Shown here one piece after another: positions 1 through 9,736 of a stretch of 64,000 bases of DNA. A model generated the notes under the pieces. It made no database searches. It had not been told where the DNA came from and saw only the letters and a program-made list of their open reading frames with translations. The first letter of the stretch is position 1. Every line of letters starts with the position of its first letter. Both the position numbers and the translations under genes were made by a program. The stretch comes from Dehalococcoidia bacterium (GTDB lineage Bacteria > Chloroflexota > Dehalococcoidia > UBA2979): the NCBI GenBank assembly GCA_028279505.1, contig JANQNP010000004.1, positions 6,154-70,153 on the forward strand, given 5' to 3'.

Positions 1-4
1 TCGG

Positions 5-769
5 ATGTTGATCGACCTCCACACGCACACCAAGCCACGGTCGTGGGACTCGTTCATCACGCCCGACGAGATGGTCGATCTCGCGAAGGAGTCCGGCCTC
101 GACGCCTTCGTCCTCTCGGAACACGACTGGGCGTGGGAAGCTGACGAGGTCGCCGACCTCCAGCGGCGCCACGAGTTCACCGTCATCCGCGCCATGGAGA
201 TCAACACCGAGGATGGCCACATCCTCGTCTTCGGCATGCACGAGTACAAGTTCGGCATGCACCGCAGCCACGAGCTCGCCGGCTTCGTCGAGGAGGCCGG
301 CGGCGTCATGATCGCCGCCCACCCCTACCGTCGTCAGATGCCTTGGAAACCCGACGACGAGGCCGAGTACGCCGACGCCCTCGTCCGCGCCACCCGCAAC
401 CCCGCCTACCGCTTCATCACCGCCGTCGAGGTCCTCAACGGCCGCGGCTCGATCCCCGAGAACGAGTTCTCCATCCGCGTCTGCGAGGAATTGGCCCTCC
501 CCGCGACCGCCGCCACCGACACCCACCAGCACGACGAGAAGGACCAGCAGGCCGGCCGCGCTGCCACCTACTTCGAAGCCGACATCAAGAACGAGGCCGA
601 CCTGATCGCCGCCCTCCGCTCCGGTCGCTACTGGCCGCTCGACCTCACCAAGGGCAAGCTCACCACCAACCCCATCTACTACGACGTCCCTAGCGACGTC
701 GAAGCCCGCTGGCAAGCCACCGCCGAGGCCCGGCGCGCCCTCCTCGAGGCCGCCGCTAGCGGCGACTGA
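5..769 (+). CDS. PHP-domain metal-dependent phosphoesterase
   Basis: PHP motifs DLHTHT, SEHD, EINTEDGH, AAHPYR, EVLNG and ATDTH; start lies at the window edge. Confidence 0.85.
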   Translation: MLIDLHTHTKPRSWDSFITPDEMVDLAKESGLDAFVLSEHDWAWEADEVADLQRRHEFTVIRAMEINTEDGHILVFGMHEYKFGMHRSHELAGFVEEAGGVMIAAHPYRRQMPWKPDDEAEYADALVRATRNPAYRFITAVEVLNGRGSIPENEFSIRVCEELALPATAATDTHQHDEKDQQAGRAATYFEADIKNEADLIAALRSGRYWPLDLTKGKLTTNPIYYDVPSDVEARWQATAEARRALLEAAASGD

Positions 770-834
770 CCCTCCCCATCTCGCGATTCGAGCCCCGCCT
801 CGGCCCCGGCGTGCCTCGTCTGTCCGGCCTGTCA

Positions 835-864
835 TTGACAGTGAATCCGGGCCGCCGCTATCGT
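835..864 (+). promoter_or_regulatory. Putative sigma-70-type promoter upstream of the SDR pair
   Basis: Perfect TTGACA (835-840), 18-nt spacer, TATCGT (859-864). Confidence 0.55.
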
Positions 865-1119
865 CAGCCCGGCCGTGCGGCGGCGCGGCGTATTCAGTAT
901 CCGCAGCGGCATTTCACTCGCATCGAGGAGATAGCCGCCCGAGCGGAACGAGGCTTGATCTGTCCCCACTCGTCACCAACACCTCACGCGTGCGGACAGC
1001 GCAATTCGTCGGTTGTGCAGGTGGTCGGGCTCCCGCTCGGCATGCCGACTGAGATCGACGACCACCCAGCGGTCAGCGAGACGCGCCATGCGGTCTCGTG
1101 ACTCAGGAAGGACAACCAG

Positions 1120-2094
1120 ATGGGCGTTCTGGACGGCAAGGTAGCCGTCGTCACCGGATCCGGCCGAGGTATCGGTCGGGGCATCGCCATGCTCTACGCG
1201 GCCGAAGGCGCGAAGGTCATCGTCAATGACCCCGGCGTCGCGGTCGACGGCTCCGGCCACGACGAGGGGCCAGCGGCCCAGGTGGTGAACGAGATCAAGG
1301 AAGCCGGCGGCGAAGCCTCGGCCAACTTCGACTCGGTCGCCAAGTTCTCCGGCGGCGAGAACATGGTCAAGCAGGCCGTGGACACCTACGGGCGCATCGA
1401 CATCGTCGTCAACGTCGCCGGCATCCTCCGCGACCGCATGGTCTTCAACATGACCCACCAGGAGTGGGACGACGTGATCGCCGTCCACCTGAAGGGCCAC
1501 TACAACACCATCAAGCCCGCGTCCGTGCTCATGCGTCAGCAGCGCTACGGCCGCATCATCAACTTCAGCTCCAGCTCCGGCCTGATCGGCAACACCGGCC
1601 AGGTCAACTACGGTGCCGCCAAGGCCGGCATCGGCGGCCTCACACGCGGCGTCGCGCGCGACCTCGGTCGCTACGGCATCACCGTGAACTCCATCTCGCC
1701 GGGCGCCGCCACGAGGATGACCGCCACGGTCCCGGACGCCGCGCGCGACCTCCGCGCCCAGGCCGGTGTCTCCGGCGCCGCCAGCAACGCCCCCGTCCAG
1801 GAGAGCGCCTTCTTGCGCCGCGACCCGGACGACGTCGCGCCCATGGCCGCGTTCCTCGCCTCCGATGACGCCTGGAACATCAACGGCCAGATCTTCTACG
1901 TGAACGGCAGCCGCGTCGGCCTCACGAACCACCCGGTTCCCGAGGATGGCGTCTTCAAGCCCGGCCTCTGGACCATGCCGGAGCTCGACGACGCCGTGCA
2001 CAACGTCCTTCTCAAGGACAAGAAGAACCCCGCGCCTCCGCGCGAAGACGTCGAGGTCCCCGGCCGCGACGTCGACGCGAAGTCTCTGGCGTAG
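1120..2094 (+). CDS. SDR oxidoreductase (3-hydroxyacyl-CoA dehydrogenase / MFE-2-like subfamily), copy 1
   Basis: TGSGRGIG Rossmann motif, NVAGILRD, catalytic YGAAK; AGGAAGG RBS. Confidence 0.9.
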   Translation: MGVLDGKVAVVTGSGRGIGRGIAMLYAAEGAKVIVNDPGVAVDGSGHDEGPAAQVVNEIKEAGGEASANFDSVAKFSGGENMVKQAVDTYGRIDIVVNVAGILRDRMVFNMTHQEWDDVIAVHLKGHYNTIKPASVLMRQQRYGRIINFSSSSGLIGNTGQVNYGAAKAGIGGLTRGVARDLGRYGITVNSISPGAATRMTATVPDAARDLRAQAGVSGAASNAPVQESAFLRRDPDDVAPMAAFLASDDAWNINGQIFYVNGSRVGLTNHPVPEDGVFKPGLWTMPELDDAVHNVLLKDKKNPAPPREDVEVPGRDVDAKSLA

Positions 2095-2121
2095 CGCGAG
2101 CCGAGCAGGAAAGAAGAAGAG

Positions 2122-3084
2122 ATGGCAACTCCACTTGAAGGACGCACGATCCTCGTGACCGGTGCCGGTCGCGGGATCGGCAGTGAAGTCGCGAAGCTCG
2201 CCGGCAACCTCGGCGCGAACGTGATCGTCAACGACCCCGGCGTCAACGTCGACGGGTCCGGCGAGGACCAGGGCCCCGCGGCCACCATCGCCAAGGAGAT
2301 CACCGACGCCGGCGGCAACGCCCAGGCGAACTTCGACACCGTCGCCACCGAAGAGGGTGGCGAGAACATGATCAAGCAGGCCGTCGACGCCTACGGGCGC
2401 ATCGATGGCGTCATCCACGTCGCCGGCATCCTCCGCGACCGGATGATCTTCAACATGACGGAGCAGGAGTGGGACGACGTCATCGCCGTCCACCTCACCG
2501 GCTTCTTCAATGTTGCGAAGCCCGCCTCCGTGCTCATGCGCCAGCAGCGCTTCGGGCGCCTCGTCGGCTTCTCCTCCGGTTCCGGCCTCCGAGGCAACAC
2601 CGGCCAGGGCAACTACGCCGCGGCCAAGGCCGGCATCGCGGGCATGGCCCGCTGCCTCGCCCGCGACCTCGGTCGCTACGGCATCACCGCCAACGCGATC
2701 GCGCCCGGTGCCGCCACGCGCATGACCGCCACCGTCCCGGACGCCTCGCGTGAGCTCCGCGCCCAGGCCGGCATCGAGGGCGCCGTGCGACAGGCCAGCG
2801 CCGTCAGCGAGCTGCGTGACGCCAGCTACGTGGCGCCGATGACCGTCTACCTCATGACCGACCAGGCATGGGACGTCAACGGCAAGGTCTTCAACGTCAG
2901 CGGCGGCCAGGTCTCCGTCTCCCACGAGGTCGAGTCCTACCGCGAGATCCACAAGCCGGACCGCTGGACCATCGAGGAACTCCGCGACCTCGTCCCCAGC
3001 GTCCTCCTGAACGGCCTGCGCAACCCGGCCCCGCCGCCCGACGACCTGGACATCCCCGGTCGCCCCGTCGCGGCCAGCGCGTAG
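2122..3084 (+). CDS. SDR oxidoreductase, tandem paralogue, copy 2
   Basis: TGAGRGIG, HVAGILRD, YAAAK; collinear with copy 1 with long identical peptide blocks. Confidence 0.9.
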   Translation: MATPLEGRTILVTGAGRGIGSEVAKLAGNLGANVIVNDPGVNVDGSGEDQGPAATIAKEITDAGGNAQANFDTVATEEGGENMIKQAVDAYGRIDGVIHVAGILRDRMIFNMTEQEWDDVIAVHLTGFFNVAKPASVLMRQQRFGRLVGFSSGSGLRGNTGQGNYAAAKAGIAGMARCLARDLGRYGITANAIAPGAATRMTATVPDASRELRAQAGIEGAVRQASAVSELRDASYVAPMTVYLMTDQAWDVNGKVFNVSGGQVSVSHEVESYREIHKPDRWTIEELRDLVPSVLLNGLRNPAPPPDDLDIPGRPVAASA

Positions 3085-3140
3085 CGACCGAGGCCCAGCG
3101 TCGCCGTCAGCGCTCCCGCGCCGGCGGCACCAGATCGAAC

Positions 3141-3175
3141 AGGGCGGCCACCTTACGGTGGCCGCCCTTCTGTTT
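3141..3175. terminator. Intrinsic terminator between convergent SDR and CoA-transferase genes
   Basis: 12-bp perfect stem AGGGCGGCCACC-ttac-GGTGGCCGCCCT followed by TCTGTTT. Confidence 0.8.
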
Positions 3176-3194
3176 GCCCCCGACCGTCCGAGGG

Positions 3195-4487
3195 TTACCC
3201 CGCCGGCACCCCGATCGCCCCCGCCTCCCGCAGCGACGCAATCTCGTCGGCGCCGACCCCGCACTCGGCGAGCACCTCGTCGGTGTGCCGGTCCAACGGT
3301 GGCGGCGGCAGCGGGCTACCGATGTCGGCCCCCGGCATGTCGATGATCGGCCCGACCAGCTCCTCGGGACCAACCAGCTCGTGCTCGAACGAGCGCATCA
3401 GATTAAGCGCTCGCACCTGCGGGTCATCGGTCAGCTCCTCGGGGAACTGCACCGGGGCCGCCGGCGCACCAACCGCGTCGAATGCTTCCATCCACTCGTC
3501 GGTCGTCCGCTGCAGGAACGTCTCGCTGATCCGCCCGCGCATCTCTGCCACCACCGGGTCGTTCGCCGGATCGAGTGCGTTGAAATCGGCCGCAGCCGTC
3601 GGGTCCTCGTCGATCCCGAGGACTTCGCGCATCTGGTTCTGATTCGCCGGAGTCAGCGCACCGAGGATGATCGCCCCGTCCTTCGTGTCGTACCCCCCGT
3701 AGTACAGGCGGAACGCCGCGCCCAGCAGCCGGTAGGTGTCGCCCCGCGCCGCCAGGATCTCCGCGTACGGCGTCCCGTTCGCGCGCCCGTCCGCGATCGC
3801 CTGCTCCATCGGCGCGCGCACCACCGCGTCGACCACCGGCAGTCGCGACACCAGCGCCGACTGCAGCGTGAGCGCGGACGCCAGCAACGTCGTGCTCACG
3901 TACTGCCCCTCGCCGGTCGCGTTCCGCTGCACGAGGGCCGCGCAGATCCCCATCGCCCCCGCCATCGCCGACATGTAGTCGGCGGGCGCGGTGGCCGTGA
4001 TCAACTCCGGCCCGCCGTCCGCGTTGAGCTTCCCGTCGCCCGCCATCAACCCCGAGTACGCCTGCGCCACGATGTCCGAGCCCGAGCGGTCCTTGTTCGG
4101 CCCCACCGTCCCGTACCCGGTGTTCTCCATGTAGATCAGGTCCGGCCGTCGCGCCTTCAACGTCTCGTAGTCGACACCGAGGCGTGCCGGCACCCCCGGC
4201 CGCGCATTGATGATGAACACGTCGAACTGCGGAATGATCTCGTGAACGAGCTGCTGACCGCGCTCGTGCTGGAGGTCGATCACCAGGCTGCGCTTACCCC
4301 GGTTGAACGTGTGGAACGCCTTGCTCTCCCCCGGCATGAACGCCCCGAGCAGACGCGCCGCCTCACCCGCCGGCGGCTCGACCTTGATCACGTCGGCTCC
4401 GAGGTCCGCGAGATTCTGACCGCAGACCGGCCCCGCGATGATCTGCGAAACCTCGAACACCTTCACGCCACCCAGCGGACCCGGCAT
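3195..4487 (-). CDS. CoA-transferase family III (CaiB/BaiF)
   Basis: AGPVCGQNLADLGADVIKVEPP, NRGKRSLVIDL, catalytic Asp in APADY; ATG 4487 after GAGGGGGAG RBS. Confidence 0.92.
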   Translation of the reverse strand: MPGPLGGVKVFEVSQIIAGPVCGQNLADLGADVIKVEPPAGEAARLLGAFMPGESKAFHTFNRGKRSLVIDLQHERGQQLVHEIIPQFDVFIINARPGVPARLGVDYETLKARRPDLIYMENTGYGTVGPNKDRSGSDIVAQAYSGLMAGDGKLNADGGPELITATAPADYMSAMAGAMGICAALVQRNATGEGQYVSTTLLASALTLQSALVSRLPVVDAVVRAPMEQAIADGRANGTPYAEILAARGDTYRLLGAAFRLYYGGYDTKDGAIILGALTPANQNQMREVLGIDEDPTAAADFNALDPANDPVVAEMRGRISETFLQRTTDEWMEAFDAVGAPAAPVQFPEELTDDPQVRALNLMRSFEHELVGPEELVGPIIDMPGADIGSPLPPPPLDRHTDEVLAECGVGADEIASLREAGAIGVPAG

Positions 4488-4640
4488 CTGCTCCCCCTCG
4501 CCGTCGAGCAGCCGGAGCGGCACCGTGCGTTGCCCGGTTACGCGACAGCGAGACTATGCGCGTTCGTGATATCGCCCGGCAAGTGAGCACGCGACCCATC
4601 GAGGCGACAACAGCATCCGAGGAGTGTGCGAAGGGGGACG

Positions 4641-5192
4641 CTAGAGCGCGTGAAGATCCGCTGCGGTGATCTCCATCAGGATGAACTCGTGGCCGCCACG
4701 GTTCACGTGCCGCACGCGGGTGAAGCCGGCGTGCTCGAAGCAACGCTGTGCTCGGTAGTTCCACGCGAGGGTGTGCAGGTACACCCGCTCGAGCTCCAGC
4801 TCGTTGAAGGCGTAGTCGACCATCGTCCGCACCGCGTCGGTGCCGTACCCCCGCGACCAGTAGTCCCGGTTGCCGATCGTGATCCCCAGCTCCGCCTCGT
4901 TCTCACGAGGGTCGTAGCCGTAGTACATGACGTTGCCGATGTGTTCATCGGTCTCGAGATCCTCGATCGCGAACGTGCGTCGGTGCGACGTCGGATACCG
5001 CAGCTCCTCCGTCATCGTCGAGAGGAACGTGTTGAACGACACGCGCAGCGGGCGCGCCGCGTCGTACGCGGCGAGCTCCGGATCGCGGCGCCACTCGAAG
5101 TCCCGTTCGGCGTCGTCCACGTGCTTCACGCGGAGCCGAACCAGCTCTCCGGTGCGGACGACGTCGGACTCGATGGCGGTCATGGCCGACAT
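4641..5192 (-). CDS. GNAT N-acetyltransferase (RimJ/RimL type)
   Basis: ELGITIG, YWSRGYGT acetyl-CoA motif, N.RAQRCFEHAGF; alternative start at 5183. Confidence 0.88.
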   Translation of the reverse strand: MSAMTAIESDVVRTGELVRLRVKHVDDAERDFEWRRDPELAAYDAARPLRVSFNTFLSTMTEELRYPTSHRRTFAIEDLETDEHIGNVMYYGYDPRENEAELGITIGNRDYWSRGYGTDAVRTMVDYAFNELELERVYLHTLAWNYRAQRCFEHAGFTRVRHVNRGGHEFILMEITAADLHAL

Positions 5193-5193
5193 C

Positions 5194-5658
5194 CTAGCCG
5201 GTCGCGCGGCGGCTCGCGATCAGCTCGTCGGCACGCTCGAGGATGTGCAACTGGTTGCGGTGCGTGAGCCGTCGGTGCGCCTCGTGGATGTTGTACCAGT
5301 CGACGTGATCGAACTCGTCGTCGTGGTCGTCGAAGTGCCCGCCGGTTGGCTCCAGCAGGAAGTGGTGCACCGTCTTGTCGATCAGTTCGCCGCTGCGGCT
5401 CGTGAAGCTGTAGCGGACCGTCCCCAGCGTCTCCACGATCGCGGTCACGAGGCCCGTCTCCTCGCGCACCTCGCGCAACGCCGTCTCCTCGATCGTCTCG
5501 CTGGGCTCCGGCGTGCCCTTGGGCAGCGCCCACAGCTGCTCGCGCCGCCGCGCCACCAGCACGATCTCCGCGCCCGACTCGCCCCACCGGTAGATCACCC
5601 CGCCGGCCGCGATCGCGGTCCGCGAGGTGCGAGCGAACCGGCTAGAGGGCCGGGCCAT
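5194..5658 (-). CDS. NUDIX hydrolase
   Basis: AAGGV, WALPKG and Nudix box GTPEPSETIEETALREVREETGL; ATG 5658 overlaps the upstream gene end. Confidence 0.88.
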   Translation of the reverse strand: MARPSSRFARTSRTAIAAGGVIYRWGESGAEIVLVARRREQLWALPKGTPEPSETIEETALREVREETGLVTAIVETLGTVRYSFTSRSGELIDKTVHHFLLEPTGGHFDDHDDEFDHVDWYNIHEAHRRLTHRNQLHILERADELIASRRATG

Positions 5659-6664
5659 CGAGCCCACCGTCTTCGAAGTCAGGCTCGGCCATCGCGTCGT
5701 CGCGGATCGGAACATCGAGGAGCTGTGCGGCCGCCAGCGCATCCTCGGCCGCCTGCCGGATCTCCGTGGTCGGGGCTTCGCGCTGCCGGCGCGTCAGGAT
5801 GCGCTCCGCCTCCTCGCCCCCGATCTCACCGAGGGCTTCGATCGCCGCGAGCTGTACCTCGGTCTCCGCGTCGTCGAGCAGCATCCCCAGCGGCGTCACC
5901 GCCGCGTCCATCAGTAGCGCACCCGCCGCGGTCGCCGCGGCGGAGCGAATGTCGGCGTCGTCGTCGTCGAAGTTGAAGATCAGGATCTGCAACCAGGTCT
6001 CCGAGGCGCTGCGCCCCATCGCCTTGATCGCAGCCACGCGCAGGCGGTGCGACCCCACCTCGTAGCTCTCGCCGATCAGCTCGCCGACGGTCTCCTCCGA
6101 AGACGCACCCAGCGCCTCCAGGCAGCGGCCGCGCACCTCTTCGTCTTCCTCTTCATCGTGGATGCGATTGGTGAGCGCGACCTCCAGCTCCTCGGCGTCC
6201 TCGTCGGACAGGAGCCCGAACTCCATGCTCACGACCCACTTGCCCAGCACGTCCGCGATCTCGGCGCGCACGGACGCCTCCGGGTCGCTCTCCAGCTGCG
6301 CGCAGAGCAGGTGCAGGTAGTCCGGACGCTCCTCGATCGCGATCCCGCGCACCGCCAGCATCCGCGTCGCCGCGTCCGGGTCGTGCAGGGCCGAGAGGTG
6401 AATACGGTAGAAGTCGAGCACCGCGTGCTCGTTCGCCAGTTGATCGAGTTTGGCGAGCAGGTCGCGCCGGCGCTCCGGCTCCAACCGCGGCCAGATCCCC
6501 ATCAGCCTGGTGAGCTGGCCGTCGCCGATGTCGGTCAGAGCACGCAGCGCGCTGTAGTCGTCGCTGCCGGCCTCGAGCTGATCGAGCACCTCGTCAGCCG
6601 TCGGCTGAGGTGGCTCGTCTTCGTCTGCTTCGTCGGGTGGGAGTGCGAACTCGGGATCAGTCAC
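5642..6664 (-). CDS. HEAT-repeat protein, very acidic
   Basis: Repeated units such as DPEASVRAEIADVLG, DEEVRGRCLEALG and ETEVQLAAIEALG. Confidence 0.82.
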   Translation of the reverse strand: MTDPEFALPPDEADEDEPPQPTADEVLDQLEAGSDDYSALRALTDIGDGQLTRLMGIWPRLEPERRRDLLAKLDQLANEHAVLDFYRIHLSALHDPDAATRMLAVRGIAIEERPDYLHLLCAQLESDPEASVRAEIADVLGKWVVSMEFGLLSDEDAEELEVALTNRIHDEEEDEEVRGRCLEALGASSEETVGELIGESYEVGSHRLRVAAIKAMGRSASETWLQILIFNFDDDDADIRSAAATAAGALLMDAAVTPLGMLLDDAETEVQLAAIEALGEIGGEEAERILTRRQREAPTTEIRQAAEDALAAAQLLDVPIRDDAMAEPDFEDGGLDGPAL

Positions 6665-6721
6665 TCGCCCAGTGTACCGGCTGCTCCGAGAGTCACTCCA
6701 ACGGGCGCGCCCGTATACGGT

Positions 6722-7723
6722 TCAGCGCAGCTCCACCGTCGGATCCCGAGCGAGCAGCGCCTCGATCGCCGCGGTCGGCGTGACTCCGCCATAGAAGATG
6801 CTGTTCAGCCCAGCCGTCACCGGCATCTCCACTCCGAGTCGCTTCGCGAGGTCGAGCGCGGCCGGCACCGTGTTCGCGCCCTCCGCCGTCTCGTCGATCT
6901 GGGCGAGCGCCTCGTCGAGCGACACCCCCGACGCGACGAGTTCTCCGAGGCGTCGGTTCCTCGAGAGTGAGCTGTAGGCAGACGCCATCACGTCGCCGAT
7001 GCCGGCGAGCCCCTGCAGCGTCAGCGCGTCACCGCCGGCAGCGACCGCCAGCCGCGTGATCTCCGCGAGTCCACGCGTCAGTATCGCTGCCTTCGCGTTG
7101 TCGCCGAATCCGAAGTGATCCACCATCCCGCCCGCGATCGCGACGACGTTTTTGAGCGCACCGCCCAGCTCCACCCCGATCACGTCGCCACTCGTGTAGA
7201 CGCGAAACGTTCGCGAATGAAACGCGTCACGGAGCGGCTCGATTGGCCCCGTCGAGGCAATCACCGTCGTGCTGGGCTGCCCGGCAGCCACCTCGCGCGA
7301 CAGATTCGGTCCGGAAAGCACAGCGAGCGCGCGACCCGGAAAGTGCTCGGCGATCAGTTCGGACATCCGACGACCGGTCGAAGCCTCGATCCCTTTCGTG
7401 GCGCTCAGTAGCGTCGCGTCGGCTCCGATCGCCCCGGCAAGCTCCTCGAGGTTCGCCACGATCGACCTCGACGGAACGACGAAGCAGACGAGATCCGCCG
7501 CGCCGATCGCCTCGTCATGAGCGGTCGAGACGCGGAGATCGGGTGGGAACGCCACCCCGGGGAGTCGCTCACGGTGCTCGCCCGCTGCCTGGAGCGCTCG
7601 CGCCTCCTCATCCGAACGGGCGACGAGGGTTACGTCGACCCCGTTCCGGGCGAGCTGGACCGCAAGCATCGTGCCCCAGGACGTCGTGCCGACCACGGCC
7701 GCCGAGCTGATCGAACCGGTCAT
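6722..7723 (-). CDS. gpsA: NAD(P)H-dependent glycerol-3-phosphate dehydrogenase
   Basis: GTTSWGT, ATKGIE, LSGPNLSRE, GVELGGALKNVVAI, SRNRRLG; follows plsY. Confidence 0.95.
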   Translation of the reverse strand: MTGSISSAAVVGTTSWGTMLAVQLARNGVDVTLVARSDEEARALQAAGEHRERLPGVAFPPDLRVSTAHDEAIGAADLVCFVVPSRSIVANLEELAGAIGADATLLSATKGIEASTGRRMSELIAEHFPGRALAVLSGPNLSREVAAGQPSTTVIASTGPIEPLRDAFHSRTFRVYTSGDVIGVELGGALKNVVAIAGGMVDHFGFGDNAKAAILTRGLAEITRLAVAAGGDALTLQGLAGIGDVMASAYSSLSRNRRLGELVASGVSLDEALAQIDETAEGANTVPAALDLAKRLGVEMPVTAGLNSIFYGGVTPTAAIEALLARDPTVELR

Positions 7724-7733
7724 CGACGTCCCG

Positions 7734-8360
7734 TCAGGCGCTGCTGGGATCGCGACGTTGCCCGCCCTGCCCGAGCTTCGGCTCGGTACCCGCGAGCAGC
7801 CGCTTGATGTTGGCGATGTGGTTGAACTCCACTGCGAGCATCGTCAGCAGCGCGAACAGCAGGTACGGCGTCGCCGCGCGATCCGCCGCCACCAGCCCGA
7901 CGATCACGAGGAACCCGACGAACACCCCCACGACCGACATCAGCGACGCGTACCGGAAGATCGCCAGCACGATCAGCGCGAAGCCCAGGCACGCCAGCGC
8001 CGCCAGCGGCGACACCGCCAGGAACGCCCCGAACGCCGTCGCCACACCGCGTCCGCCGCGGAAGCCGGCGAACAGCGGGAACGTGTGTCCGAGCACCGCC
8101 GCCACCCCGCCGAGCGCCGCGGCCATCGGCTCGTCGAACAGCAGCCGCCCGATCAGCACCGGCGCGCTGCCCTTGAAGACGTCCACGACCACCACGAGGA
8201 TCGCCCACCGAATACCCAGCGTGCGCAACGAGTTCGTGAACCCGGTCTTCCCCGACCCGTACTGGCGAACGTCCTCGATCCCCGCCAGCCGCCCGACGAG
8301 CACGCCGGTCGGGATCGAGCCAAAGAGATATCCGAGGACAGCGGTGACAACGATGCTCAA
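7734..8360 (-). CDS. plsY: Glycerol-3-phosphate acyltransferase PlsY
   Basis: YLFGSIP, GSGKTGFTN, GHTFPLFAGFRGGRGVAT, HIANIKRLLAGTE. Confidence 0.95.
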   Translation of the reverse strand: MSIVVTAVLGYLFGSIPTGVLVGRLAGIEDVRQYGSGKTGFTNSLRTLGIRWAILVVVVDVFKGSAPVLIGRLLFDEPMAAALGGVAAVLGHTFPLFAGFRGGRGVATAFGAFLAVSPLAALACLGFALIVLAIFRYASLMSVVGVFVGFLVIVGLVAADRAATPYLLFALLTMLAVEFNHIANIKRLLAGTEPKLGQGGQRRDPSSA

Positions 8361-9736
8361 GCAGGCACCTCGAGTCGGTCCTCGGACCGCTTCCTGAAGA
8401 TCATCCGGATCCCCGTGCCGTCGAAGTCGAACGCCTCGCGGATCTGGTTCTCCAGGTAGCGACGATACGAGAAGTGCACGAGCGCCGGGTCGTTAACGAA
8501 CAGCACGAACGTCGGCGGCGAAACCTCCGCCTGTGTCGTGTACAGCACCTTCAGACGCCGGTGGTGGATGGTCGGCGGCCCGTGCGCCGTCATCGCCCGC
8601 TGCACCACCCGGTTCAGCTCAGAGGTCCGAATCCGCCGCTCCCGCACGCCCGCGATATGCACCGTCAGCTCGAGCAGGTCGCGAATCCCCTCCCCGCTCA
8701 CCGCCGAGGTGAACATCACCGGCGCCCACGGCACGAACCGGTAGCGATGATCCACCTGCCGGGCGAAGTCGGCCCGCGCCGCCCGTTCCTCGGCAAGATC
8801 CCACTTGTTCACCACGAGGATCAGCCCGCGCGCCTGCTCCTGCACGTACCCGGCGATATGCGTGTCCTGCGACGTCAGCAACTCGCCCTGGTCGATCACC
8901 AGCAGCACCACGTCGGCCCGGTCGATCGCCCGCTCCGCGCGCTGCACGGAGTGCCGCTCCACCCCACGCTCGACCCGCCCTCGTCGCCGAATCCCGGCCG
9001 TGTCGACGAGTACCAGCTCATGCCCCTCGAACTCGAACACCGTGTCGATCGAGTCGCGCGTCGTCCCGGGGATCGAGGACACGATCGTCCGCTGCTCCCC
9101 GAGGATCGCGTTCACCAGCGACGACTTCCCGACGTTCGGCCGCCCGACGATCGCCACCCGGATCTTCCCGTCGGCCGCGCGCTCCTCCGCCGGTACTCCC
9201 GGCACGATCTCGAGGACATCATCGAGCAGGTCGGCCACCCCGGCGCCGTGGATCGCGGACACCGGGTGCGGCTTGTCGAACCCGAGGCCATAGAACTCAT
9301 CGAGGCGATCCGCCGCCCGCCCCACGTCGGCCTTGTTCGCGACCACGACCACCGGCTGCGCGGCGCGGCGCAGCATCTCCGCGATCTCGTAATCGGGCGC
9401 GGTCGGCCCGTCGACGCCGTCGACCACGAACAGCAGCGCGTCCGCCTCGTTGATCGCGCGCTCGACCGCCTCCCGTACCAGCGGCCCGAGCTCCTCGGGT
9501 TCGTCGCCCAGCAGCCCCCCGGTGTCGACGATCCGCAGGCGCCGCCCCCGCCATTCGAGGTCCCCATAGTTCCGGTCGCGCGTCGTCCCCGGCAGGTCCT
9601 CCACGAGGGCGGCGCGGGTCCGCGTGAGCCGGTTGAACAACGCGGACTTCCCCACGTTCGGCCGCCCCACGATCGCGATCAGTGGAACGGCCGCCGCAGT
9701 CTTATCCGGCGCGGTCGAGTCGGAAGCATCGGTCAT
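8357..9736 (-). CDS. der: Ribosome biogenesis GTPase Der (EngA)
   Basis: Two GRPNVGKS G1 motifs, two GTTRD motifs, DTGG/DTAG, NKAD/NKWD, C-terminal KH-like domain. Confidence 0.97.
   Translation of the reverse strand: MTDASDSTAPDKTAAAVPLIAIVGRPNVGKSALFNRLTRTRAALVEDLPGTTRDRNYGDLEWRGRRLRIVDTGGLLGDEPEELGPLVREAVERAINEADALLFVVDGVDGPTAPDYEIAEMLRRAAQPVVVVANKADVGRAADRLDEFYGLGFDKPHPVSAIHGAGVADLLDDVLEIVPGVPAEERAADGKIRVAIVGRPNVGKSSLVNAILGEQRTIVSSIPGTTRDSIDTVFEFEGHELVLVDTAGIRRRGRVERGVERHSVQRAERAIDRADVVLLVIDQGELLTSQDTHIAGYVQEQARGLILVVNKWDLAEERAARADFARQVDHRYRFVPWAPVMFTSAVSGEGIRDLLELTVHIAGVRERRIRTSELNRVVQRAMTAHGPPTIHHRRLKVLYTTQAEVSPPTFVLFVNDPALVHFSYRRYLENQIREAFDFDGTGIRMIFRKRSEDRLEVPA

Noticed and set aside
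811-1101. 96-aa ORF upstream of the first SDR
   Set aside because: No RBS, atypical composition, and it spans the apparent TTGACA promoter; more likely non-coding leader
973-4586. Long opposite-strand ORFs (973-3264 minus, 2868-4586 plus) and many similar ones across the window
   Set aside because: Antisense or frame-shifted shadows of motif-bearing genes, expected from stop-codon scarcity at high GC; Arg/Pro-rich with no motifs
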